64,000 bases of DNA. It comes from an uncultured Actinomycetes bacterium (GTDB taxonomy: Bacteria; Actinomycetota; Acidimicrobiia; IMCC26256; DASPTH01). The stretch is taken from contig CAWJCN010000001.1 of assembly GCA_963841415.1 (NCBI GenBank), positions 1,379,334-1,443,333 on the forward strand, in the 5' to 3' direction. The notes beneath the pieces are model-generated. The model had not been told where the DNA came from. It saw only the letters and a list, made by a program, of their open reading frames with translations, and did no database searches. Of this stretch, positions 10,354-19,065 are shown piece after piece. The stretch's first letter is position 1. Each line of letters starts with the position of its first letter. The translations under genes and the position numbers were made by a program.

Positions 10354-11127
10354 TCAGAGGCGCATGACCCAGCCGCCGTCGACGCTGATGGTCTGGCCGT
10401 TGATCCAGTCTCCGGCGCTCGAACACAGCAGCAGCAGGGTGCCCACGAGGTCCTCGGGCGGGCCCGACTTCTTGCCCGGGATCCCGGCCTCGAGCGCGCG
10501 GCGCATCGGCGAGTCCTCGGCGAGGCTCGCGTACCCGCTCTCGGCGGCGACGAGCCCGGGGGCGATCGCGTTCACGTTGATGCCCTGCGGGCCGAGCTCG
10601 CCGGCCAGGTTGGCCGTGAGCCCGTGGAGCGCGTACTTCGAGATGCCGTAAATGCCGCCTCGGCCGAACGCACCGGCCGAGAGACCGTTGATGATCCGGC
10701 CGCCGCCCCGCTCGATCATCGACGGCAGCACGGCCTGCGTGCACAGGAGCGGGCCCCGCAGGTTGACGTCGATCACCCGATCCCACTCGTCGACCGGCAT
10801 GTTGCTGAGCCCGTACTGCGGCAGATCCCGCATGATCGCGGCGTTGTTCACGAGGATGTCGATGCCGCCGAACGCCTCCACCGCGGCGCGCGCCATCGCC
10901 TGCGCCGACTCGAGATCTCGGACGTCCACGGCGACCCCGATGGCGTCGAAGCCGTCGCCCTTCAGCTCGTCGGCAGCGGTGGCCGCGGCGGTGCTGTCGA
11001 CATCGGCCAGCACCACGGACGCGCCGGCTTCTCCGAGCGCGCGCCCGTAGGCGGTGCCGATCGAACCCGCGCCACCCGTGATGACCGCGACCTTCCCGCC
11101 GAGGTCGAACAGTTCCGAGGCTTTCAT
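10354..11127 (-). CDS. SDR family oxidoreductase (3-oxoacyl-ACP reductase-like)
   Basis: VAVITGGAGSIG, NNAA, and YGISKYAL (YxxxK). Confidence 0.9.
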   Translation of the reverse strand: MKASELFDLGGKVAVITGGAGSIGTAYGRALGEAGASVVLADVDSTAAATAADELKGDGFDAIGVAVDVRDLESAQAMARAAVEAFGGIDILVNNAAIMRDLPQYGLSNMPVDEWDRVIDVNLRGPLLCTQAVLPSMIERGGGRIINGLSAGAFGRGGIYGISKYALHGLTANLAGELGPQGINVNAIAPGLVAAESGYASLAEDSPMRRALEAGIPGKKSGPPEDLVGTLLLLCSSAGDWINGQTISVDGGWVMRL

Positions 11128-11197
11128 CGTCGTGCCGTCCTTTCCGGGCCGCCTTGACGGCGGCTCCGCGGTCGTCGAATATCGCGGCTGCCAACGA

Positions 11198-11209
11198 TTC
11201 AGTCAAGTG
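11198..11209. promoter_or_regulatory. candidate TetR operator half-conserved site
   Basis: TTCAGTCAAGTG is identical to the 12-mer inside the palindrome upstream of the TetR gene at 14975-14986. It lies in the divergent gap between the SDR (start 11127) and the CMD gene (ATG 11235). Confidence 0.45.
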
Positions 11210-11234
11210 CTTTAGGCTCCACCGAGGGGGACAC

Positions 11235-11940
11235 ATGGGAGCAGGTTCCGCCGCATTGCAGCGCGAGGTGTGGTCCCGTGAGGGGCTGGGGAGTCGCGAA
11301 CGTCGACTGGTGGCGATCGCGTGCGTCGGCTTCGCGGTCACCGCGGATCCGATCATCGAGCAGGTGCACGCCGCCCTCGAGGGCGGCGAGCTCACCGTCG
11401 ACGAGTTGCTCGAGGTGGTGCTGCACTTCGCGGTCTACTGCGGATGGCCCAAGGCGTCGAACCTCGAGATGTACGTGCGGCAAGGTGTGGGCGCGGGTCC
11501 AGGAGGAGCGCGGCGAAAGACCGACTTCTCTCCCCCTCCGACCGACCGACGTCACCGAGCTCGGGACCAACGACTGGGAGGCGCGCGTCGCTCGCGGTGA
11601 ACAGGAGTTCCGCGACGTGAACCTCGTGCCGGCCCCGGGACGCGACTCGCCCTACCAGCACGCGGGCATCCTCAACTACGTCTTCGGTCACGTCTGGCAG
11701 CGGCCCGGGCTCGGCCGTCGTGACCGCAGGTTCCTCACCGTCGCGTGCGTCGGCGTCGACGAAGCGCCGCTCCCGATCCTGTCGCATGTGGGTTCCGCGC
11801 TCGAGTCGGGCGACATCACGAAGTCGGAGATGAACGAGCTGATCCTCACGTTCCGCGCGTACGACAACGATGCCCGCGCCGACGCGCTCCAGGCGGCGGT
11901 CGAGACACCTTGGCCGCCGGTGGTCGCGCCGGGTCGATGA
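11235..11940 (+). pseudogene. two-domain carboxymuconolactone decarboxylase (CMD/AhpD-like) family protein, frameshifted as assembled
   Basis: Domain 1 (...ELLEVVLHFAVYCGWPKASNLEMYVRQ) is in the frame of ORF 11154. The protein continues (VWARVQEERGERP...RRFLTVACVGVDEAPLPILSHVGSALESGD) in the frame of ORF 11278. The switch is near 11481-11490. Confidence 0.7.
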
Positions 11941-14258
11941 GCATCCTCGCGCCGTCGGCGCGTCTCATCGGCAACCGCATCAACCGCAAGGAAGACCCGC
12001 GCCTGCTCACCGGCGCGGGTCGCTACGTCGACGACGTCGTCGTGCCCGGCATGCTCCACGTCACGTTCGCGCGCAGCGATCTCGCGCGTGCCCGCATCGT
12101 CGCCGTCGACACGGAGGCGGCCAAGCAATTGGAGGGGGTCGTGGCGGTGCTGACCGCGGCCGACCTGAATCCCCTGCTCGCGGGACCGATGGGCGCGACG
12201 CCTGTGCTCGCCATGGGTCCGCCGGGTCCCAACAAGGTCCTGGCCGACGACGAGCTCCGCTACGTCGGTGATCCCTACGCGCTGGTCGTCGCGGAGAGCC
12301 GCGCGCTGGCCGAGGACGCGGTCGAGTTGATCGAGCTGGACGTCGAGCCGCTCCCCGCGGTCGTCGACTACACGACCGCGCTCGACAGCGTGGAGCGCGT
12401 GCACCCAGGGACGGACGACAACGTCGCCGGCGCGATGCCGATGCCGCCTGACGACGAGCTGCGCCAGATCCTCGCCACCGCGCGCCACGTCGTGCGCGAG
12501 CAGTACGTGCAGAACCGCTACCTCGCGGTGCCGATGGAGACCCGCGGTGTCGTGGCGTGGTGGCAGCCGCGCACGCGTCGCTTCGACGTGTGGATCTCGA
12601 CCCAGTCGCCCCACGACGTGCGCACCGTCACCAGCCGCATCACCGGCGTGGCCGAGAGTCGCGTCCGCGTGCAGATGGGCGACGTCGGTGGTGGCTTCGG
12701 CCAGAAGGCCTACCTCGCGCGCGACGAGCAGATCGTGCTGCTCGCCAGCTACCACCTCGGCCGGCCGCTCAAGTGGATCGAGGATCGGCGCGAGAACCTG
12801 CTGGCGGCCACGTCGTCCCGCGCCGAGCGGTGCACGGTGACGATCGCGGCCGACGACGACGGACGGATCCTCGGCATCGCCGCCGACCACCTCGACGAGG
12901 TGGGCGCCTACCCGCAGGCCGGGAGCGCGGCCGCCATGGGCGCGGTCATCTTCACCGGTCCGTACCGCATCCCGAAGCTGGCGTTCGAGTCGCAGTCGGC
13001 GTTCACCAACACGTGCTCGCGTGCGCCGTACCGCGGGCCCTGGCAGTTCGAGACCTACTTCCGCGAGCAGGCGGTCGATCGCCTCGCGCGCACGATGGGC
13101 GTCGACCCGCTCGACCTCCGGCGGCGCAACGTGCTGCAGCGCGACGAGCTTCCGTACACGCTCCCGCTCGGTCTCCCTCTCTTCGACGTCTCGCCCGCCG
13201 AGACCCTGGAACAGGCGGCGTCGATCATCGGGTACGACGCGTTCCGCGTCGGGCAGCGCGAGCAGTTCGAGGCCGGACGACTCCTCGGGATCGGCCTCGG
13301 CCTCTACATCGAGCCGCAGAGCATGATCGGCCCCTACAGCACCGAACCCGCGCACATCCGGATCCAGCCCGACGGCACCGTCGACGTGTACCTCGGTTCG
13401 GGCTCGCACGGGCAGGGGCTCGAGACGACCACCGCGCAGCTCGTCAGCGACTTCCTCGGGGTCGCGTACGACGACGTGACCGTGCACCAGGGCGACACCA
13501 ACGAGACACCGTACGCATTCGGCACCGGCGGGAGCCGGAGCGGACCGATCCTGGGTGCGGCGATCCAGCAAGCCGCGCAGCAGCTGCGAGAGAAGGTGGC
13601 GACGGTCGCGGCCCACCTGCTCGAAGCCGCGCCCGAAGACATCGACGTGGTCGATGGGGTCGCCAGCGTGCGGGGCACGCCGACGCGTTCGGTCGCGGTC
13701 GCCGAGATCGCGCACGCCGCGCATCTCGACCTCGGCCGCCTGCCACCGGGCGTGGAACCGGGCTTGGAGGTCGTGCACCGGTACAGGTCCGACCTGCCGT
13801 TCGTGTACTCGAACGCGTGCCACGCGTGCACCGTCGAGATCGACCCGCACACCGGCGCGGTCGCGCTGCTGCGCTATGTCGTGAGCGAGGACTGCGGCGT
13901 GATGATCAACCCGTCGGTGGTGGAAGGCCAGATCGCCGGCGGCGCGGTGCAAGGGATCGGCGGCGCGCTGCTGGAGGACTTCGTGTACGACGAGCAGGGC
14001 AACCCGCTCACGAGCACGTTCATGGACTACCTCCTGCCGGTGGCGTCCGACGTGCCCGAGATCGAGTTCGGGCACGTGGAGACCCCCGCCTCGACGCCCG
14101 GCCACTACAAGGGCGTCGGCGAAGGTGGTGCCATCGGCGCGCCGGCGGCGGTCGCGAACGCGGTGAACGATGCGCTCGCGCTCGTCGGCGCGCAGGTGAC
14201 CACCGCGCCGTTCACGCCCGCCCGCATCGTCGAAGTGCTCGCGGACGTCGGCCGCTGA
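11937..14258 (+). CDS. xanthine dehydrogenase/aldehyde oxidase family molybdopterin-binding large subunit
   Basis: N-terminus RINRKEDPRLLTGAGRYVDDV. MGDVGGGFGQK, APYRGP and HYKGVGEGG motifs are present. ATG 11937 overlaps the CMD stop (ATGA). Confidence 0.9.
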   Translation: MSILAPSARLIGNRINRKEDPRLLTGAGRYVDDVVVPGMLHVTFARSDLARARIVAVDTEAAKQLEGVVAVLTAADLNPLLAGPMGATPVLAMGPPGPNKVLADDELRYVGDPYALVVAESRALAEDAVELIELDVEPLPAVVDYTTALDSVERVHPGTDDNVAGAMPMPPDDELRQILATARHVVREQYVQNRYLAVPMETRGVVAWWQPRTRRFDVWISTQSPHDVRTVTSRITGVAESRVRVQMGDVGGGFGQKAYLARDEQIVLLASYHLGRPLKWIEDRRENLLAATSSRAERCTVTIAADDDGRILGIAADHLDEVGAYPQAGSAAAMGAVIFTGPYRIPKLAFESQSAFTNTCSRAPYRGPWQFETYFREQAVDRLARTMGVDPLDLRRRNVLQRDELPYTLPLGLPLFDVSPAETLEQAASIIGYDAFRVGQREQFEAGRLLGIGLGLYIEPQSMIGPYSTEPAHIRIQPDGTVDVYLGSGSHGQGLETTTAQLVSDFLGVAYDDVTVHQGDTNETPYAFGTGGSRSGPILGAAIQQAAQQLREKVATVAAHLLEAAPEDIDVVDGVASVRGTPTRSVAVAEIAHAAHLDLGRLPPGVEPGLEVVHRYRSDLPFVYSNACHACTVEIDPHTGAVALLRYVVSEDCGVMINPSVVEGQIAGGAVQGIGGALLEDFVYDEQGNPLTSTFMDYLLPVASDVPEIEFGHVETPASTPGHYKGVGEGGAIGAPAAVANAVNDALALVGAQVTTAPFTPARIVEVLADVGR

Positions 14259-14279
14259 CGATCAGATCTTTGCGATCGT

Positions 14280-14948
14280 TCAGACGAACAGCGTCTGGCG
14301 GAAGACGTTCGCGTTGGTTGCTTCGAGTGCGGTCTGCGCGGCGGGTGAGACCGGCGCGTCCAGGAACCCGACCATGCAGTCGACGAGGTTCGCGAGCTCC
14401 AACGCGAGCGGAAGCACCGGTCGGCGCCGGGCACGGGCGCGCTCCCGGTTCGCCGCGACCTGCACCGCCATCTCCATGACCTGCGCGAGCCGATGGGTGC
14501 GCAGTGGTTCGTCGACGGTGGTGAAGCAGGCGCGCAAGTGGTCCTCGTACTCGCGCTGTCCCTTCGCGAACCGTCGCGGCAAGTGCTTGAACGCGTCGCC
14601 GCCGTGTTGGGAGAGCGAGGCCACGAAGCTCAGGTAGTTGCTGTCCTCGAGCTCGCTCTGCTCGAGCACCGTTGCGACCTGGCACTCGAGCCATCCCCGG
14701 AGGTCGGACGGTCGCCGCTCCTCGATGAGCTCCGCGCGGCGTCGGCGCAGACGCGGGAGGCGGTGCTCGAAGATCGCCTCGACCAGCTTCTCCTTGGAGC
14801 CGAAGTGGTAGAGGACGGCCGAGTTGTTGCCGCTGCCGACCGCGGTGCCGATCTGACGCATCGAGACCCCGTCGACGCCGCGATCGGCGATCATGCGCTC
14901 GGCGGCGAGCAGGATCTGCTCCTTGGTGGAGAGCACCGCGGCAGGCAT
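14280..14948 (-). CDS. TetR/AcrR family transcriptional regulator
   Basis: N-terminal HTH ILLAAERMIADRGVDGVSMRQIGTAVGSGNNSAVLYHFGSKEKL. Confidence 0.9.
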   Translation of the reverse strand: MPAAVLSTKEQILLAAERMIADRGVDGVSMRQIGTAVGSGNNSAVLYHFGSKEKLVEAIFEHRLPRLRRRRAELIEERRPSDLRGWLECQVATVLEQSELEDSNYLSFVASLSQHGGDAFKHLPRRFAKGQREYEDHLRACFTTVDEPLRTHRLAQVMEMAVQVAANRERARARRRPVLPLALELANLVDCMVGFLDAPVSPAAQTALEATNANVFRQTLFV

Positions 14949-14975
14949 CGGCGCATCACACCAGGATCGACGCGT

Positions 14976-14991
14976 TCAGTCAAGTGACTGA
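14976..14991. promoter_or_regulatory. candidate TetR autoregulatory operator (7-2-7 palindrome)
   Basis: TCAGTCA-AG-TGACTGA is a perfect inverted repeat 28 nt upstream of the TetR start codon. Confidence 0.5.
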
Positions 14992-15021
14992 GAGCGCCAT
15001 CTTCCTCGACCGATGAACGTG

Positions 15022-15750
15022 CTACGCGCCGCCGACGGTCGCGCCGGCGTCGACGACCATCTCACGACCGGTGACCTGGCGTGAGCGGTCGGAGAGCAAC
15101 CACACGACTGCCTCGGCGACGTCGGTCGCGTCGGTCACGCGGCGGAGGGGCACACCGCGCGCGGCCTTCTCGTACGCGTCGCGATCGAGGGTCCCCGGAA
15201 ACATCGTCGTCCCCATCATCCCGCCCGGGTGCACCGAGTTGACCCGCACCCCGATCGGCCCGAGCTCACGCGCGCCGTACTTCGTGAGACCGCGCACGGC
15301 CCATTTGCTCGTGCCGTAGCTCGACAAGCGCGCGTGCGCCACCATGCCCGCGGTCGAGGAGATGTTGACGATGGCACCGCCACCCGTCTCCCGCATGGCC
15401 CGACCCGCGCACTGCATCCCGAGCCACACGCCCATCACGTTGACGTCGAGCACGCGTGCGAACTCGTCCGCCGGCTCCTCCAGGAACGGGCGGGACTCCA
15501 GGATGACGGCGGCGTTGTTCACCAATCCGTCGAGACGGCCGTGGCGACCGACCACGTCGTCGACGATGCGGCTCCAGTCGTCGGCCTGCGTGACGTCGTG
15601 GCGCCGGACCGGACCGTCGTCAGCGCCGGTGATGTCGGTGGCGGTCACCGTCGCACCCTCGTCGGTGCACGCCTGCGCGATCACCGCGCCCAGCGACCGC
15701 CCGGCGCCGGTGACGACGATCACGTTGTCGGCGAGGAGTCCGTCGGCCAT
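15022..15750 (-). CDS. SDR family oxidoreductase
   Basis: VIVVTGAGRSLG, NNAA, and YGTSKWAV. Its ATG shares one base with the BVMO stop (TGATG at 15748-15752). Confidence 0.9.
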   Translation of the reverse strand: MADGLLADNVIVVTGAGRSLGAVIAQACTDEGATVTATDITGADDGPVRRHDVTQADDWSRIVDDVVGRHGRLDGLVNNAAVILESRPFLEEPADEFARVLDVNVMGVWLGMQCAGRAMRETGGGAIVNISSTAGMVAHARLSSYGTSKWAVRGLTKYGARELGPIGVRVNSVHPGGMMGTTMFPGTLDRDAYEKAARGVPLRRVTDATDVAEAVVWLLSDRSRQVTGREMVVDAGATVGGA

Positions 15751-17363
15751 CAGCTGAGCACGAATCCGGCGTAGCCCCGCGCGGCGACGTCGTTGCAGCG
15801 ATCCATGTACCTGGGCAGCCCACCGACGTACGGGAGGAAGACGCGCGGCTTTCCCTCGATGTTGGCGCCGTTGTACCAGGAGTTGCACGACGCGGCGGTG
15901 AACATGGTCCCGTGCGCGACGTCGTTGACGTGGTCGCACCACTCGTCCTGCGCGTCGACGTCCGCCTCCGCGCGCGTGTAGCCGTGGTCGACGAGGTGGC
16001 CGACGAAGTCGGCGATCCAACCGACCTGCAGCTCGATCTGGGGCGGGTATGTCGCCAACACGCCGGGGCTGCCGGGTCCGACGCAGACGAAGAGGTTCGG
16101 GTAGCCCGCAGTGCCGATGCCGAGGTAGGTCCGCGGTCCGTCGGCCCAGTCGTCACGCAGGCGATGACCCTGGCGCCCGCGGACGTCGATGCGCGTGAGC
16201 GCACCGGTCATGGCGTCGAACCCGGTGGCGAGCACGAGCACGTCGAGCTCCACGAAGCGCTGCTCGGTGCGGATGCCCGTCGGCGTGACCTCCACGATCG
16301 GGTCCTTGCGCAGGTCGACGAGCGTCACGTGGTCGCGATTGAACGTGTCGAAGTAGCCCGCGTCGAGCACGGGACGCTTGCATCCGAGCGGATAGCCGCG
16401 GGGTGAGAGCGATTCGGCGACCTCGGGATCCTTCACGGTGCGCCGCACCATCTCGCGGAACAGCTCGACCGCCATCTCGTTGGCGTCGAGGTCAGTCGCG
16501 GTGTCGCTCCAGACGCGACACGCACTGAACCCATGCTCCTCCAACGCGGCGTCGCGCTCGTCGGACGTGCTCTCGAGGATGCGCCGGTCGTCGGTCGGGA
16601 ACGCGAAGATCACCGCGCCCGTCGTTCCCGCGGTGCCACTGAACGACGCGTACTGCTCCTCGCGCAGCGCGCGGTACCGCGCCTTGATCGCCGCCTGCTG
16701 TTCCACGGCGAGCGGCTGGTTCCGCGACGGCCACGTGAACGCCGCCGTGCGCTGGAACACCGTCAGATGGTCGGCGACCTTGGCGAGCTCGGGGATCGCC
16801 TGCACCCCCGACGAACCGGTCCCCACGACCCCGATGCGCCGATCCGCGAGCTCCACCCCTTCGTCAGGCCAGAGACTCGTCTGCACGATCGTGCCTGCGA
16901 ACGTGTCGATCCCCGGCCACGACGGACGGTGCGGCGCCGACAGGCCGCCGGTCGCCATCACCGCGAACCGGGCACGGAACTGCTCACCGGCCTCCGTGTC
17001 GAACACCCAGGTGTCAGTGCCCTCGTCGAACGTCATCGCGGTCACACCGGTCGACAAGCAGATGTCGCGGCGCAGGTCGTAGCGATCCGCGAGGTGGTTC
17101 AGGTAACGCTCGATCTCGGGCTGCGACGCGAAGTGCTCCGTCCACTCCCACTCCTGCTCGAGCTCAGGATCGAACCCGAAGGAGTACTCGAGGCTCGGGA
17201 TGTCGCAGCGAGCACCCGGATACCGATTCCAGAACCACGTCCCGCCCACCCCCGTGCCCTTCTCCAACACGACCACGCGCAGGCCCCGATCGCGCAACAC
17301 CTTCAGCGCGTAGAGACCCGACATCCCCGCACCGACCACGACCACGTCCGCGTCACGCAGCAC
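15750..17363 (-). CDS. type I Baeyer-Villiger (flavin-containing) monooxygenase
   Basis: VVVGAGMSGL FAD motif, GGTWFWNRYPGARCD, a second Rossmann motif VVGTGSSGVQ, and a BVMO fingerprint variant FAGTIVQTSLWP. Confidence 0.9.
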   Translation of the reverse strand: MLRDADVVVVGAGMSGLYALKVLRDRGLRVVVLEKGTGVGGTWFWNRYPGARCDIPSLEYSFGFDPELEQEWEWTEHFASQPEIERYLNHLADRYDLRRDICLSTGVTAMTFDEGTDTWVFDTEAGEQFRARFAVMATGGLSAPHRPSWPGIDTFAGTIVQTSLWPDEGVELADRRIGVVGTGSSGVQAIPELAKVADHLTVFQRTAAFTWPSRNQPLAVEQQAAIKARYRALREEQYASFSGTAGTTGAVIFAFPTDDRRILESTSDERDAALEEHGFSACRVWSDTATDLDANEMAVELFREMVRRTVKDPEVAESLSPRGYPLGCKRPVLDAGYFDTFNRDHVTLVDLRKDPIVEVTPTGIRTEQRFVELDVLVLATGFDAMTGALTRIDVRGRQGHRLRDDWADGPRTYLGIGTAGYPNLFVCVGPGSPGVLATYPPQIELQVGWIADFVGHLVDHGYTRAEADVDAQDEWCDHVNDVAHGTMFTAASCNSWYNGANIEGKPRVFLPYVGGLPRYMDRCNDVAARGYAGFVLS

Positions 17364-17418
17364 GGCGGGACCTTACGCGGTCCGAGGCAGGTCGACCCGG
17401 CCTGGTCGCAGAGCCCGT

Positions 17419-17452
17419 TGTAGCTACACTATCCGCTCGTGAAGTAGCTACA
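17419..17452. promoter_or_regulatory. paired palindromes, candidate VapB operator or promoter
   Basis: TGTAGCTACA (17419-17428) and GTAGCTACA (17444-17452) have cores 24 bp apart. They sit in an unusually AT-containing stretch, 14 nt upstream of the antitoxin ATG 17466. Confidence 0.5.
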
Positions 17453-17465
17453 TCTCGGAGCGTAC

Positions 17466-17720
17466 ATGGAAGTCGGAATCAGGGAGCTCAAGAACCACCT
17501 GAGTCGCTACCTCGACCTCGTACGAGATGGCGACGAGCTCGTCGTGACCGATCGAGGTCGAGCGATCGCGCGCGTCGTGCCGCTCGGAGACGAGCGCGTC
17601 CTCGACCGGCTCGTCGCAGACGGCGTCGTGACACCCGCCCGACGCAGCAAGCAGCGAGCCACGAAGCCCATCGACACGATGGGCTCGGTCTCAGAGCTCG
17701 TCGCCGAGCAACGCCGGTGA
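17466..17720 (+). CDS. vapB: type II antitoxin, Phd/YefM-like (VapB role)
   Basis: MEVGIRELKNHLSRYLDLVRDGDELVVTDRGRAIARVVPL. It overlaps the PIN toxin start by 4 nt. Confidence 0.85.
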   Translation: MEVGIRELKNHLSRYLDLVRDGDELVVTDRGRAIARVVPLGDERVLDRLVADGVVTPARRSKQRATKPIDTMGSVSELVAEQRR

Positions 17721-18139
17721 TCGCGTACTTCGACACGTCGGCGGTGGTGCCCTTGCTGATCGCCGAGCACGGGTCGCGGATGGCGGCGACGGTCTGGGAC
17801 TCGGCTGATCGTGCCGTGAGCGTGCGGCTCGTGTACCCGGAGACGCGCGCTGCGCTCGCCCAAGCCCAGCGACTCCACCGAATGCGCGCTCAGGAACTTC
17901 GCCGCGCGGTGAGCGAGCTCGACTCCCGATTCGAAGAGATGGATCTCGTCGAGATCGACGCCCCCCTCACCCGTCTCGCCGGCGAGAAGGCCGAGGAGCA
18001 CGGGCTGCGCGGGTACCACGCCGTCCACCTCGCGGCCGCGCTCCGAGTGCGCGATCCCGACGTCGTACTCATCGCCGGCGACCGCACGCTGCTCGACGCC
18101 GCCCTCTCCGAAGGGATCGCGGTCGCCCAGCTCCCGTGA
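17717..18139 (+). CDS. vapC: PIN-domain ribonuclease toxin VapC
   Basis: The N-terminus IAYFDTSAVVPLL carries the first acidic PIN residue. Further acidic positions are present, and the ~140-aa size fits. Confidence 0.85.
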   Translation: MIAYFDTSAVVPLLIAEHGSRMAATVWDSADRAVSVRLVYPETRAALAQAQRLHRMRAQELRRAVSELDSRFEEMDLVEIDAPLTRLAGEKAEEHGLRGYHAVHLAAALRVRDPDVVLIAGDRTLLDAALSEGIAVAQLP

Positions 18140-18219
18140 CGCGACGAGGCTCGCTCGACGCGATGGGCCCGCAGCGGCTGAACTCGACCGTTGCGACCGC
18201 CTGATCTGCGGAGGACCAG

Positions 18220-19065
18220 ATGGACACACTCGAGGGCCGTGGTGCGGTGGTCACCGGCGGGGCGAGCGGGATCGGACTCGCGACCGCGCGCGAACTGGGT
18301 CGCCGAGGGGCACGCGTCGTCCTCGCCGACGTGGAGGCCGCGGCGCTGGAAAGCGCGGTGGCGTCATTGCGCGCCGAGGGCTGGGATGCGTTCGGCGTGG
18401 CGTGCGACGTGCGGCGCATCGACGAGGTGACCCACCTCGCCGAGGAAGCGTTCCGCACGCTGGGGCAGGTGCACGTCGTGTTCAACAACGCGGGCGTCGC
18501 CCTCGCCGGACCCACGACGGAGATGAGTCACGACGACTGGCGCTGGGTCGTCGACGTCGATCTCTGGGGGCCCATCCACGGGGTGGAAGCCTTCGTGCCG
18601 CGGATGGTCGAGCAGGGCGAAGGCGGCCATGTGCTCTTCACCGCCTCGTTCGCGGGTCTCGTACCGAACGTCGGGCTCGGGCCGTACTGCGTCGCCAAGT
18701 ACGGCGTCGTGGCCCTGGGCGAGGTGTTGGCGCGCGAGCTGCGCCACGACGGCATCGGTGTGTCGATCCTGTGCCCGATGGTCGTCGACACCAACATCGG
18801 AGACTCCGCCCGCAACCGGAGTGCCGACTATCCCAGCTCGGCAGTGAAGGAGCCCGACACGCGTGACGACGATGCAGCCATGGAAGGGCTCCAGCAGGGC
18901 GATGTCCTCACCGCCGACGACGTGGGTCGACTCACCGTCGACGCCATCCTCGCCAACCGACTGTACGTGCTCCCGCACACGGCGGCGCGAGCGTCCATCC
19001 GTCGACGGTTCGACCGCATCGACCGCACCTTCGACGAACAGGAAGCCGCGGGCTGGCCCCACTGA
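18220..19065 (+). CDS. SDR family oxidoreductase
   Basis: AVVTGGASGIGLA, NNAG, and YCVAKYGV (YxxxK). Confidence 0.9.
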   Translation: MDTLEGRGAVVTGGASGIGLATARELGRRGARVVLADVEAAALESAVASLRAEGWDAFGVACDVRRIDEVTHLAEEAFRTLGQVHVVFNNAGVALAGPTTEMSHDDWRWVVDVDLWGPIHGVEAFVPRMVEQGEGGHVLFTASFAGLVPNVGLGPYCVAKYGVVALGEVLARELRHDGIGVSILCPMVVDTNIGDSARNRSADYPSSAVKEPDTRDDDAAMEGLQQGDVLTADDVGRLTVDAILANRLYVLPHTAARASIRRRFDRIDRTFDEQEAAGWPH

